DNA of 63,794 nucleotides, the filler included, from Octopus bimaculoides (taxonomy: Eukaryota): assembly GCF_001194135.2 (NCBI RefSeq). It is 7 parts of 7 records of this genome, joined end to end, with 100 filler letters (N's around TTAATTAATTAA, not from the genome) between each part and the next. Parts side by side here need not be neighbours in the genome. Positions count along the whole stretch, not along the records: positions 15,634 to 33,175 come from NC_068984.1; positions 33,276 to 45,276 come from NC_068991.1; 5 more parts are not named here. The stretch is one strand, 5' to 3'. Under the pieces are notes generated by a model. That model was not told the origin of the DNA, searched no databases, and was given only the letters and a program-made list of their open reading frames with translations. The position numbers were made by a program, and so were the translations under genes. Position 1 is the first letter of the stretch. Every line of letters begins with the position of its first letter. Of the stretch, positions 25,963 through 38,040 are shown piece by piece.

Positions 25963-26544
25963 CTTTTCATGAATGCTGAAGGTGTCCTACTTAGAGAAAG
26001 CGATAAAATGTCGAAGGCTTTCGACGAGCAAAACTACCAGAAAACTTTTCAAGAACATGGGCAGGCACGAATAAGTTTTATTGGACACCGAATGAGAAGA
26101 CAAAGCTTTGGACACAAATAGCGGAACTGTTCGGCCCAGGAGACGTTTTTAGGTGGGGTGGGGGACACTTATGGATTTCTTCTATATACCTGAAAAGGCT
26201 TGGGGACCCGGGAGCTGCAAACGAAAGGGCTGCCTGCCTCGGGTGACACACACTTTGAGTACAACACAGACACTGGGTGACAACTAGATACTGAAAGGAA
26301 GAAAAGGTTGAGGAAAAAAGACAAAGAAGACCTTTTTTTTAAGGAGAGTAAGTCAAGGATCATCGACGTTTGTGTGCCCAGCACATAAAGAGTATGCACT
26401 GTGTGAGGGAGAAGAGGGAATGGTCATGGTTGGAGTGAATTCGATCATAGATTTACTCGATCAGGGCTGACTCGGATTAAACAAGAACAAAAACGAATAA
26501 AAATAAAATAAAGCACAAAATACAACAAACTTTAACTGACAATC

Positions 26545-26858
26545 CGTTGTTTACGACGACGAGGGTTCCAGTCGACCCGATCAATGGAACAGCCTGCTCA
26601 TGAAATTAACGTGCAAGTGGCTGAGTACTCCACAAACACGTGTACTCTTAATGTAGTTCTCAGGGAGATTCAGCGTAACATAGAATATGATAAGGTTAAT
26701 CTTTTGAAATACAGGTACCACTCATTTTTACCAGATGAGTGAACTAGAGCAGCATGAAATAAAGTGTCTTGCTCAAGAGCACAATGCCCCGCTGGGAATC
26801 GAAATCGTGGTCTTACAATCGTGAGCCAAGTACCCTAACCATTTAGCTACGCTCCTCC
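26545..26858 (-). mobile_element. tRNA-head SINE with Nin-like central domain
   Basis: GATCAATGGAACAGCCTGCTCATGAAATTAACGTGCAAGTGGCTGAG body; reverse tRNA-like head at the right end. Confidence 0.8.
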
Positions 26859-27279
26859 GAATATAATCTAACCGAGTGACGAATTAACTCCAGACACCTC
26901 GATTCAGCTAAATCATAATTGAAGGAGAGCTGACACTAAACGGTTCGTTTATCATCAATGAATCTCAATTCACAGCGCCACCTTGTGTTTTTTTTATCAA
27001 CATTTCTCTATTGTAAACTGGTTTATTACAATGCCAACGAACAATGACAAAGATTATACTCCCGATGACAAAGCCTTAATAATCAATATTAATAAACATT
27101 TGGAATTTTCTCTCTTGCTTGCTTGGCCAAACATCGCCTTTATTTAACCCCTCTTATCGTCCTGTTCACTGCGTTTAACTATACAGCGGTTATTTCTGAT
27201 ATTGAAAGCATTCAAAAGAACCAGACTCCCCTCTTTTTAAATATATGGCTAATGTCCCTTTATAACTAAATTTCCAGAA

Positions 27280-27630
27280 GGTGCAGTCCTGGGTGTGTGG
27301 TTCAGAAGGTCGTGGTTTTGGGTTCAGTCTCATTATACAGTACTTTAGGCAAGGGTTTTCTACTATAAACCTAGACGGACCAATGCCTTGTGAACAAATT
27401 TGGTTAACAGAAACTGTATGGAAGCCCGTACATGTATTTATGTTTGCCCTCCTCTACTTGACGACCGGTGTTGGTTATTTAATATCACCATAACTTAGCG
27501 GTTCGACAAAGAAATCAATGGAATAAGTGCCAGACTTTAAAAAATTAATAAGTCGGTTTGTTCGGCTTAACCTTTTAAGACGGTGCACCAGCATGGCCAC
27601 ATGTCCAATAACTGAAACAAGTAAAACATG
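27280..27630 (+). mobile_element. SINE family A, degenerate
   Basis: GGGTTCAGTC head, AACTTAGCGGTTCG, GGTGCACCAGCATGGCC, ACTGAAACAAGTAAAA. Confidence 0.75.
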
Positions 27631-27959
27631 AAGCTAAATTCCTCTAAACGTGACAACAGCTGAAAATGAAATGATTTCATCTCCACTGGGACGAAGATGG
27701 TGCGTCAGGAAAGTTTAGTTCGTTACATTGCCAACAGCCTGCTTATACTTTCTAAATCATTCGACACAAGTTGGAGATGTTCTGTTTACTTTTTGCATTT
27801 GTTTTATAATGCTTAATGAAGTAATTTTCTAAATTTGATGAAGGGCCCCTACTCGAAACATTATATCTGTCCCCTTCCTCACAGCAAAGAAATATTTAAA
27901 AAGGCTTGTCGGTCAGCCTCATGGTCCCAACAGACAAGATGGAAAGAGGATTACTCCGG

Positions 27960-28620
27960 AAGATGGCGAGGAAGATGCGCTGGAACAGTCACTCTGACTC
28001 ACAGGGCTCGCATTTGCGGTTAGTCATCTCCGCCCCGATATCGATGAGCGAGGTTGTGGCCCGGGGTCCGAGGACACCGTAGGTCTCCACTGTCACAGGC
28101 TCAACCATAAACCTGTCAGAAGGCAGGCGATACTTTGGCAGTTTGCCCTTCTCGGCCTGACGAGCAGCGGAGCTTCAGGTGGTTGTAGAACACACCAGGT
28201 TATCACTGGAGAAGGCTGGCAGCTTGCAGAGTCCCAGATGAGGACCTACCAGCAAGGAACGGCAAAATTGTCATACCGTCAGGCCTTTCTTTTACCGTCT
28301 CCTCGGGCTATCCCTGCCGGCTCGAGTTAGGAAGGGAAACCTGCGGCATGTAGGCCATGACGTGTTCTATCATTAAAGCTGTTGTCTAGCGTAATTGGCT
28401 ATTTAAACTCATACCGCTTAATTACTTAGAGCGACTAATGGCAGACATGGCAAATGGATAGGCAGCGTCGGTATTCAACTGGTTTGTTAGTGGTATAGCG
28501 AGAGTCTGTATGCCGCTAGTGGTAACACTTGAGTTTGCTCCGACCGCCAGGCCCTCAAGCCTATACAAGTTTTTACAGGAGACCACACCTAACCCTACTG
28601 TGATTTTAATGATAAACACT
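27960..28620 (-). mobile_element. CRE-like non-LTR retrotransposon C-terminal RLE endonuclease fragment
   Basis: Minus frames give ALND...AAGFPS*LEPAGIARGD(G)KRPDGMTILPF...WD and FMVEPVTVETYGVLGP...QRI; KRPDG is the PD-(D/E)xK motif of CRE-type RLEs. Confidence 0.75.
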
Positions 28621-29244
28621 TTATTGAATGTTAGGCTTGTACTGGATACAAACTCGCAAGGTTTTCTGTATCAAACTAGTTAGAGACAAACGACGATCAC
28701 TTCTGCATACAAAATGGCTACGAACTGTTGACAGTACTTAAGTCGTTCAGCTAAAACCGGATTCAACAAGTAGTAGAGAACGCAATACTATATGTCTTGG
28801 TCTTTCCGCAAAAAGTGTGGAAAATTCATGGAAATTTGTGAACTGCTTTTAAATATATTCGCCGCAACCGACAGAGAATCGGGTAAATCGACTAAAGGTG
28901 AGGCTTATTATTATCCCCCCCCCCACCATTAATTTCAATTTCATAAATAAAAAAAACGGTGTACAGTTGAAAAGATGTAATTCGAAACGACGTAAGTTGA
29001 GGTATGCTGGTACTTTTTGGTAAATTATGTTTTCCGAATTTCAATCTAACTTGAGCTGTTTGGTCACTTTGTAAACTCAATGAGGCCTTTTTGTTATATA
29101 AGGATCAAGAATTAAATGCATTTACTGTAAATCGATCGTCCTCCTTCAACTAATCTGGAATGTTTATCTGAAACAGCTTGCTGAACCGAACTTTTGTTTA
29201 ATCGCTGGACAAATATTTCAGGTACTCAAGATCCACAGAGATAT

Positions 29245-29628
29245 TGGTTTAAAATTTCGGCACTTATTTTATCGACCCCGAAAGGATGAACGGCAAGGTA
29301 TGCCCTGGCGGCATTTGAACTCAGAACGTAATGTCGGAAGAAATGCCTTTAAGCATTTTATCCGGCGTGGTAGCGATTCTGCCAGCTCATTGCCTTAATT
29401 TGGGCTGAAATATTGGTTTCATATTTTGGTACAAGGCCAGCAATTTCGGGGGAGGGGGTAAGTCGATTACATTGACTCCATAGTTCAACTGGTACTTATT
29501 TTATTGACCCTGGAAGGACGAAAGGCAAAGTCGACTTCGGCGGAATTTGAACTCAGAACGTAATGTCAGACGAAGGGCCGCGAATCATTTTCCCCGGCCC
29601 GATAAAGATTCTGCCCGCTGGCTGCCAT
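29245..29628 (-). mobile_element. Two tandem SINE family B copies
   Basis: Both carry GACCC.GAAAGGA.GAA.GGCAA...ATTTGAACTCAGAACGTAATGTC...GATTCTGCC. Confidence 0.85.
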
Positions 29629-29755
29629 AATTTAGACTGAAATACTAAAACCTATTAATAACCCATTTAAAGGCTTAACTACAAAGGTATAAAAACAGTA
29701 AATGTTTTCAGCAAAGAAATTAAATATCAGAAATATATATAAACAAAAAGAGACG

Positions 29756-29804
<49 letters not shown>

Positions 29805-29948
29805 NNNNNNNNNNNNNNNNNNNNNNNNNNNNNNNNNNNNNNNNNNNNNNNNNNNNNNNNNNNNNNNNNNNNNNNNNNNNNNNNNNNNNNNNNNNNNNNN
29901 NNNNNNNNNNNNNNNNNNNNNNNNNNNNNNNNNNNNNNNNNNNNNNNN

Positions 29949-30005
<57 letters not shown>

Positions 30006-30273
30006 GGACTATGCTCATCCAGAAATGAAAGGTTTTTCCTCTTACGCTGGTTTTGTTTTTAAAACAGATATCGGATTATTTATGGTTTCCAATGTTTAAA
30101 CAACAAGGATATACTTTCACTGTATGAAGTTCAATTATTCTTCGACAATAAATTTCCTATAAAGAGGGCAATTATGCTAAGCATTATTCCTATATACTTT
30201 GTAAGGATTGGTATACATTAACCTATATAAATATTCATACATACATTCACACACACATACATACATACATACA

Positions 30274-30304
<31 letters not shown>

Positions 30305-30786
30305 GCATATATATACNNNNNNNNNNNNNNNNNNNNNNNNNNNNNNNNNNNNNNNNNNNNNNNNNNNNNNNNNNNNNNNNNNNNNNNNNNNNNNNNNNNN
30401 NNNNNNNNNNNNNNNNNNNNNNNNNNNNNNNNNNNNNNNNNNNNNNNNNNNNNNNNNNNNNNNNNNNNNNNNNNNNNNNNNNNNNNNNNNNNNNNNNNNN
30501 NNNNNNNNNNNNNNNNNNNNNNNNNNNNNNNNNNNNNNNNNNNNNNNNNNNNNNNNNNNNNNNNNNNNNNNNNNNNNNNNNNNNNNNNNNNNNNNNNNNN
30601 NNNNNNNNNNNNNNNNNNNNNNNNNNNNNNNNNNNNNNNNNNNNNNNNNNNNNNNNNNNNNNNNNNNNNNNNNNNNNNNNNNNNNNNNNNNNNNNNNNNN
30701 NNNNNNNNNNNNNNNNNNNNNNNNNNNNNNNTAACCTATATAAATATTCATACATACATTCACACACACATACATACATACATACA

Positions 30787-30817
<31 letters not shown>

Positions 30818-30828
30818 GCATATATATA

Positions 30829-32078
30829 CAGAGTGTGTAAAGTATATGAGGACAGCTATTTTTGGGTCGTTGCTGCATTTTTCGCTAACTCTGTTTAATC
30901 TTTGTTTCAGAAAATGATAATGGCAGACCACCAGCTTACTCAAGAAATGAAGACGCATGATGCTATTGTGGTTATAAAGGCTGAGCATAGCCATTTAGAA
31001 ATACCTCGATTTTAAGAAGTCGCCAAATATTTCCTCTACAAAGTTTTTAAGGAGCTAGAAACTGAAGATGGAAACGTATCACCAGTATCAAAGCATAAAA
31101 AGCATTCTAAACGCTATGAAATCATTAGAACACTTGAATTTATCCAGCAAGTTCAACGGACCATTCATTGATTACAATCACAGAAAGTCTATGAGGTCAA
31201 TTGCAAAAGATCTCTATGTGCCATAAGGAACAGTCAGAAATGTTGTCCACGCAAACATCAGATATAAGTTTTATATGATAAGGAAAGGTCAATTTGACCG
31301 AAAAAGCAAAAGAAAATCACTACATCAGATCTTGAAAAATCCAGCAGAAGAAGATTTGATTTGGTTTTTCTCAAAAGAGAGAAACTTCGACCAAGTTCAA
31401 AACGTTAACAGAAGAAATGACTGATGGTTATGTGCAGACCCTTCTGAAGTTCCAAGTGTTATGCATATAAAATTTCCTGCAACTGTCATGGTTTTAGGGT
31501 TGTCAGTAATGAAGGACATATGATACCTCCTTACCTCTTTCCACAAGACCTTAGAGTTAACTCTGCCGCCTACACTGAGGTCCTGGAAATAATTGTTAAG
31601 CCCTGGATAGACAGTGTCTGCAATGGAAGGCCATATGTGTTTCAGTAAGACTCTGCACTATCACACATGGCTCTAGTACCGCAGGAATGGATGGCTGAAA
31701 ATTTTCCTGATCACACAACCCCTAACATTTGGCTTCCTAATTCCCCAGATCTCAATCCATTGGACTATTACATGTGGAGCATTGTTGAGAGAGGGGTCAA
31801 TGAACACGCCCACAGCACCAAAGATTCTTTGAAAGCAGCCATAGTCAGAGTAATGTCCAAAATGAACCAGGACCACTTGATTCGAGCATGGAGATGATGT
31901 AGATCTCATATAGACGCAGTTGTTGAAGCTGAAGGTGGCTTTATTGAATAACATTATAGAAAAGAAGGGTTATTTTTATCCTCAGAGCATTTTTTGATTA
32001 ATAAAGTTATTATCTGTTATCATATATGTGTTTTTTTCAATAAACATAAATCTCTCCTCAAATATCTTACGCACCCTG
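30829..32078 (+). mobile_element. Full-length but inactivated DD37D (maT-type) Tc1/mariner transposon
   Basis: TIRs CAGAGTGTGTAAAGTATATGAGGA / TCCTCAAATATCTTACGCACCCTG with TA on both sides. Decayed transposase has WFFS..RNFDQ and FQ*DSALSH...WLPNSPDLNPLDYYMW, with 37 residues counted between D2 and D3; stops and frameshifts. Confidence 0.9.
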
Positions 32079-32119
32079 TATATATATACTAAAGCAGCAG
32101 CAGCTTTATTTCACCTGTT

Positions 32120-32258
32120 ACCTCTTTTACTCTTTTATTCTTTGGTCGGCCCGAGGCTATAGTAAAGGACACTTGCCCAAGGTGCCACGCAGTGGGACTG
32201 AACCCGGAACCATGTGGTTCGTAAGCAAACTACTTACCGCACAGCCACTCCTACGCCT
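32120..32258 (-). mobile_element. SINE family A head
   Basis: CTTGCCCAAGGTGCCACGCAGTGGGACTGAACCCGGAACCATGTGG. Confidence 0.85.
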
Positions 32259-32384
32259 AGCATATTCATAAGTTTGTCTTGAAGCTCTGCGTTTGTTTTC
32301 AGACTTTCAGTTACCCCTGGTTTCATATGTTCTGATTAATATAAAGCTTCTCTTTCCTAAGTTACAAGTTACTCTAAACGTTGA

Positions 32385-32423
<39 letters not shown>

Positions 32424-32804
32424 AAAAGACGTCAGGAATGTCTATCATATACAATGCATTGATGCCAGGGAAATATGTCCCGTGTATCACATGTAATGCA
32501 CAGGACAGGCAAAGGGTTATCTTGTGTTAGTTTACTTTTGGTATGACTTGAGAAGCGACAGTTATTGGATTTATGCTGGGTATTGGACTCTGTGATTGGA
32601 AATCCTGTAATAATTTCATAATACTCGACGCTATATTGGTGAAGACAATGAGTTATGAACAAATTTAAAGTTACCTCAATAGATAAGTAATGTTTGTTTA
32701 TTATGCTCTTTTATATTTCAGTTTATTAGAAATGAGGTGTGATACATTGAGATGTGACAAGTTAATCATTTCTGGTTGTTTGAAATAAATTGAAAGGTAG
32801 TCTA

Positions 32805-32890
32805 CAGTAATCTCTCGACTATCGCGGCTGTTCGTTCCAAACTCCACCGCGATAGGTGAAAATCCGCGAAGTAGAAATAGTATTGTACTG
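32805..32890 (+). mobile_element. pogo/Tigger-like end (second copy)
   Basis: TA|CAGTAATCTCTCGACTATCGCGG...GAAAATCCGCGAAGTAG; homologous to 4156-4240. Confidence 0.7.
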
Positions 32891-32982
32891 TATTTTTTTT
32901 ACTTATTATTTTTATAATTTGTATATATTTATTTTACATTATTTACATTTGACGGATATTTGTCCTCAACTTGTTTGTTGTT

Positions 32983-33028
32983 AACACAATGTTTCGCCTG
33001 ATATACCCTCCAGCCTTCATCAGGTGTC
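32983..33028 (-). ncRNA. Minimal type I hammerhead-ribozyme-like motif (canonical CUGAUGA core) in a short repeat spanning ~32930-33078
   Basis: Minus: GACAC-CUGAUGA-A-GGCUG(GAGGGUAUAU)CAGGC-GAAAC-AUU-GUGUU; stem I 5 bp, stem II with one mismatch. Confidence 0.65.
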
Positions 33029-33095
33029 TTGGGGAAATTTCGAAATTGGGTTCTCATTCCTAAAGTATTTTTCGATGTTGTTGTTGTTGTTGTTG

Positions 33096-33175
<80 letters not shown>

Positions 33176-33275
33176 NNNNNNNNNNNNNNNNNNNNNNNNN
33201 NNNNNNNNNNNNNNNNNNNTTAATTAATTAANNNNNNNNNNNNNNNNNNNNNNNNNNNNNNNNNNNNNNNNNNNN
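33176..33275. other. Artificial scaffold-join spacer
   Basis: 44N-TTAATTAATTAA-44N. Confidence 0.95.
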
Positions 33276-36205
33276 GGTGAAGACCTGGGGTGTGGAAAAA
33301 AGGAAAGAAAGAAAAGGAAAACTGAAAAAGACGAAAGAGAGAAAGAGAAAAGAAAGCAGAAAGGAAGGAAAACAAGAAAGAAACAAAAGAAACTCTTTTT
33401 CCTTCTTTTCTTGGAATGCTTTTATTATATTTTTATGGTCAGCACTTACGTAGGTCTTCGAAGTTAATGACATTTCATGATGTCAGTTTTGATTTTTTGA
33501 AGTCACCTATCTCTCTGCCTCTCTATGTATGCATGTGTGTGTAAGTATGTATGTATCTAGTGAATTTTTGAAGGTTTGGTCAGTGGGATACACGCAGACA
33601 CAACATTTATTCACACACACAAATACACACCTACATATATATTATATTTAGAGGCATCGCATATGTATCCACATACGCTCATACACGCACGCGTACTCGG
33701 ATGCGTGCAAACACGGATGCGCGCACATACACGCGCGCGCAGACACCACGCACATCTGTACCCATGTATATATATTTTATTACATCAAAGTGTTTAAAAG
33801 TTCAGTCGAAGATTGAAAAGGTGATTTCTAATAGCTTTAAGAATGCATGTAGTCATGATTGTAAGATATGAAAGAAATCCAAAGGGGCCAAATGGGATTT
33901 AAAATGTAAACATACACTCGCCCCAAGTTCGATTGATCTCATACAGAAATGATACGATTGGAGAACTTTTGATTATTTCACTCCAAACACATTTCCGACA
34001 AAGGTACAGTACTTGAATGCGTTAACTATGTAAAATTGTGTCCATAGCTTGTGCAATTTCAGTAACTCTCTGCGTTTATTACTTTGCTATAAATATTACC
34101 TTTCTCCCTTTAGTTTCTTCAGTTGAGTGATATCCAAATTCATCGCCTTTATAATATCAATTTTAGTGAGTATTTCTGTACTTTTAGGATGACTTTCAGT
34201 TCGTTGTATTCAACGTATTTTCCGATCAGCTATCATTGCTCAGAATCGTTTTACTGTACTGTATGGAATGTTCCTTTTGATGTGTAAAGGATGGCAAAAG
34301 TAGAAGTCCGATTATTGATGTATGTTGTTTTTATTTTTGTAAAATATACCAGTTGTGACTTTGGAATCGCGTATCTTTAGGAGAACATCTACTGTAAACG
34401 GTAAGTCGTGAATTTGGTAGTTGGTGAAGTGTTGTAAATGTTATTAAATAATTATAGAGGCTATCTTCGTATGAATTTATAATGATGTAAGCGGTAAGAT
34501 TGTTCTAAGTGTGTGATCTAGTCATGTATTTTAAAATCACATTTATACACGAATGATTAAGTCTTCAAATATGGGATCATATGAAAAACATACAATCTAT
34601 AATGGAAGATATAGAAATTAAATATTCTTTCTCAGAGCATTAACGTTGTATCTACTGCCGTCGAGATTACAGTGTTAATGATGCATACCAAAAGGACACT
34701 GGCATATTCTCCTGCCACGTAAGTTTACACGAATAGATCACTGCAGCACTGTACAGACCAACTTGTATTCAAAGCTTCGGATAGAATATTATATAGATAT
34801 TTTCGATCTAGTTTGTATTATTTCTTATCAAATTTGATGGCAAAGAATCCAAACTAGATTGAAAATATCTATATTACTATCTAACACTTTAAAACATTGC
34901 ATTTAACTTTTACAATTGTTAGGGGAATTAACATAAAACACGAATAATTATGAGTTATAGATTAACACTTAGACCTTTTAAAGATTTGAGAAGCAAGCTC
35001 TTAAACTCTCTTAAATGTACACAAAAGTTTAACCATACAAAAACACATACACGCACGCACGCAAGCGCACGCGCCTACACGCACTCACACACACAGACAC
35101 AACATTGAATAGTATTCATACTCTTCTAAGTAAATTGCTAATAATATAATTTATAATACATTTTCCTCATGAAGTATTCAGTTCTAGCTCTATTCAGTGG
35201 AATTATTAATCCCTTTCGTTTCTATATATCGGCTTGAACACTCTATTGTAAGACTTATTGATTCGAATATGTTTTCACTTAGCAATTCCTTGTTTATCAT
35301 GTCTTTTTGAAGCTACCTTAGAGAACAATTAAGTGACAGACTGAAGGAGCAAAAAACTCCACAGGAAAATCTGATTGCAATTACTTAATTATCCGCTCAC
35401 TCTCGTACAATCAAATTGACTNNNNNNNNNNNNNNNNNNNNNNNNNNNNNNNNNNNNNNNNNNNNNNNNNNNNNNNNNNNNNNNNNNNNNNNNNNNNNNN
35501 NNNNNNNNNNNNNNNNNNNNNNNNNNNNNNNNNNNNNNNNNNNNNNNNNNNNNNNNNNNNNNNNNNNNNNNNNNNNNNNNNNNNNNNNNNNNNNNNNNNN
35601 NNNNNNNNNNNNNNNNNNNNNNNNNNNNNNNNNNNNNNNNNNNNNNNNNNNNNNNNNNNNNNNNNNNNNNNNNNNNNNNNNNNNNNNNNNNNNNNNNNNN
35701 NNNNNNNNNNNNNNNNNNNNNNNNNNNNNNNNNNNNNNNNNNNNNNNNNNNNNNNNNNNNNNNNNNNNNNNNNNNNNNNNNNNNNNNNNNNNNNNNNNNN
35801 NNNNNNNNNNNNNNNNNNNNNNNNNNNNNNNNNNNNNNNNNNNNNNNNNNNNNNNNNNNNNNNNNNNNNNNNNNNNNNNNNNNNNNNNNNNNNNNNNNNN
35901 NNNNNNNNNNNNNNNNNNNNNNNNNNNNNNNNNNNNNNNNNNNNNNNNNNNNNNNNNNNNNNNNNNNNNNNNNNNNNNNNNNNNNNNNNNNNNNNNNNNN
36001 NNNNNNNNNNNNNNNNNNNNNNNNNNNNNNNNNNNNNNNNNNNNNNNNNNNNNNNNNNNNNNNNNNNNNNNNNNNNNNNNNNNNNNNNNNNNNNNNNNNN
36101 NNNNNNNNNNNNNNNNNNNNNNNNNNNNNNNNNNNNNNNNNNNNNNNNNNNNNNNNNNNNNNNNNNNNNNNNNNNNNNNNNNNNNNNNNNNNNNNNNATA
36201 TATAT

Positions 36206-36360
36206 GGGAGAATGTACGAAAAAACAACAACAGACGAGGACAGGTGGTGTAAATAACAAAAGGATGTATTAGTATGACGCTCGGGAATACGGAAAGTTTT
36301 TGACGTTTCGAGCTACGCTGTTCAACAAAAATAATACGGAGACAAGGAGAAAAACACACA
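36206..36360 (-). mobile_element. Short hammerhead-bearing PLE pseudo-LTR-like repeat (family H1)
   Basis: Homologous to 61661-61850 and 45130-45276; minus motif UUUU-UGUUGA-A-CAGC(GUA)GCUC-GAAAC-GUC-AAAA at ~36297-36331; end joined to (TA)n. Confidence 0.75.
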
Positions 36361-37677
36361 TTTCTCAACATATTTTTATTTTCAAGGGACACAATGAAGT
36401 TACATTAATGTGAATCTAAATATGCGCTACTTTTCTTTATATTAAATTGGCAAACGATTTTTAATTATTGAATACATATGGAATAATGGATTTCCTCTGT
36501 TACAGCATATCGTATCTGAGAGACGTAAAATATACGTACAAGGCTATTCAATATGCAATATTGGGCTTATCAAGTGTACTTGTTATATAATGTTTTTAAT
36601 ATAACGTTATCTTTGTTTCAGCTCCGTATGAATACATCGTGCAGTATAAGATTAAATATATCCGATATATTCCGTTGCATCTGTGGCTAATGTTCTTTGC
36701 AGAAAGAAAGATAAAATATGACAGACTTCGAAAAAATCATTGCCTACTTGTTGAGGGAAACATCTTAATCGAGATGATGGAAGAGTTCTTACATATTTCT
36801 CAAAACATGTGAAGTTTGCCCATTGCAATAAAAAAAAGTTGTGAAATAAAGTGTTTAGTGTTTGTTGAGATTATAGTTTAGGGAGATAAATGCACACACA
36901 AACATAGGCGCGTGTGCGCGCGTGTGCTATCGAATACTTACTCTAGAATTCGTGACAGATTACAGCAGGGTTTGTGTGCCGTGGATAAGTTCCAGACAAC
37001 TCGTCTTCTAAAACTTTGTCAGACAACAACCTTTATAACTCCAAAGAAGCTAGTGTCCAGAGTTCGTGTACCGTACAGACATTGAGCACAGAAAGCATAA
37101 CCAATATTTAAGCTTTATTAGATACATCAGGTTGTTTGAGAAAGCCGACACCAATAATTACGTAAGCTTAAAGACCCTATTACGCAATACAGTGCAGTCC
37201 GCTCCCTTCGTCAGCTTTATTTTAAAAAATAGAAAAAAAAAAGATAAAAATGGAAATACAGAGCCTTACAATACCAGTATGAATTTAACTGCAATTAGGA
37301 TATCAAAGAAGAATGGAAGAAAGGAAGAATGTAGTGGGAACGTAAAAGAAACTTACAGGAAAATGTGACGAGAAGAAAGGAAATCCAGCAAAGCCACGCT
37401 GCAACATACGCAAACACCTTCGTCTAATCCCAGATACACAAATATGGTTGGTGGTAAAAGGGGAGAAAGAAAGAGTTAGATTCCAGGCAGTATTGTATGA
37501 AAAGCAAAGATAATAATATTGATTTCTTATTAATAACAACTGTAAAATGAAACATAACAAAAATAATAGCAATAATAACAGCAAGAACCGTAATAGTAAA
37601 ATCGACGAACTACCTGTAGAGAATTGTAAACAAAGCCATAAGCAAAATGTTTATAACAATAACAGTTCAAATATTAA

Positions 37678-37795
37678 CCATTTAAACCTGACCTCCTGAA
37701 CCATATTTTAACGTATACCTGGCACTCCGCCGTTGTCACGTTTTAGAGAAACATAAGCCACCCACCGGTAAAATGGTGTTACGGCCTAAAAAGGG
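37678..37795. mobile_element. Possible piggyBac-like MITE
   Basis: TTAA|CCATTTAAACC...GGCCTAAAAAGGG|TTAA: imperfect short TIRs with TTAA on both sides. Confidence 0.4.
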
Positions 37796-37809
37796 TTAAT
37801 CATGATTTC

Positions 37810-38040
37810 ATGTTTGGGCACAAGGCCAGCGATCTCGAGGGAGGAGGTAAATCGATTACATTGACGCCAGTGTACCAGTGTTCAACTGCTACTTATTTTA
37901 TCGACCCCGAAGGGTTGGAAGGCAAAGTCGACGTTAGTGGAACTTGAACTCACAAGGTTCTGGGCCGATCTGCTCGACTAAAGGCAGTGCTCCAGCATGA
38001 CCGCAGTCATATGACTGAAACAAATAAAAGAATAAAAGAA
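37810..38040. mobile_element. SINE B fragment (-) joined to SINE A tail (+)
   Basis: ATCGACCCCGAAGGG...GGCAAAGTCGAC, then TGCTCGACTAAAGGCAGTGCTCCAGCATG. Confidence 0.75.

Noticed and set aside
34345-34406. CDFGIA kinase-like peptide and nearby GTAAGT donor
   Set aside because: In-frame TAG follows two codons later and no other kinase motifs are present; likely chance.
36600-36810. About 65-codon stop-free frame after a TTTCAG acceptor (APYEYIVQYKIKY...)
   Set aside because: No recognisable homology, donor or partner exons; expected occasionally by chance.
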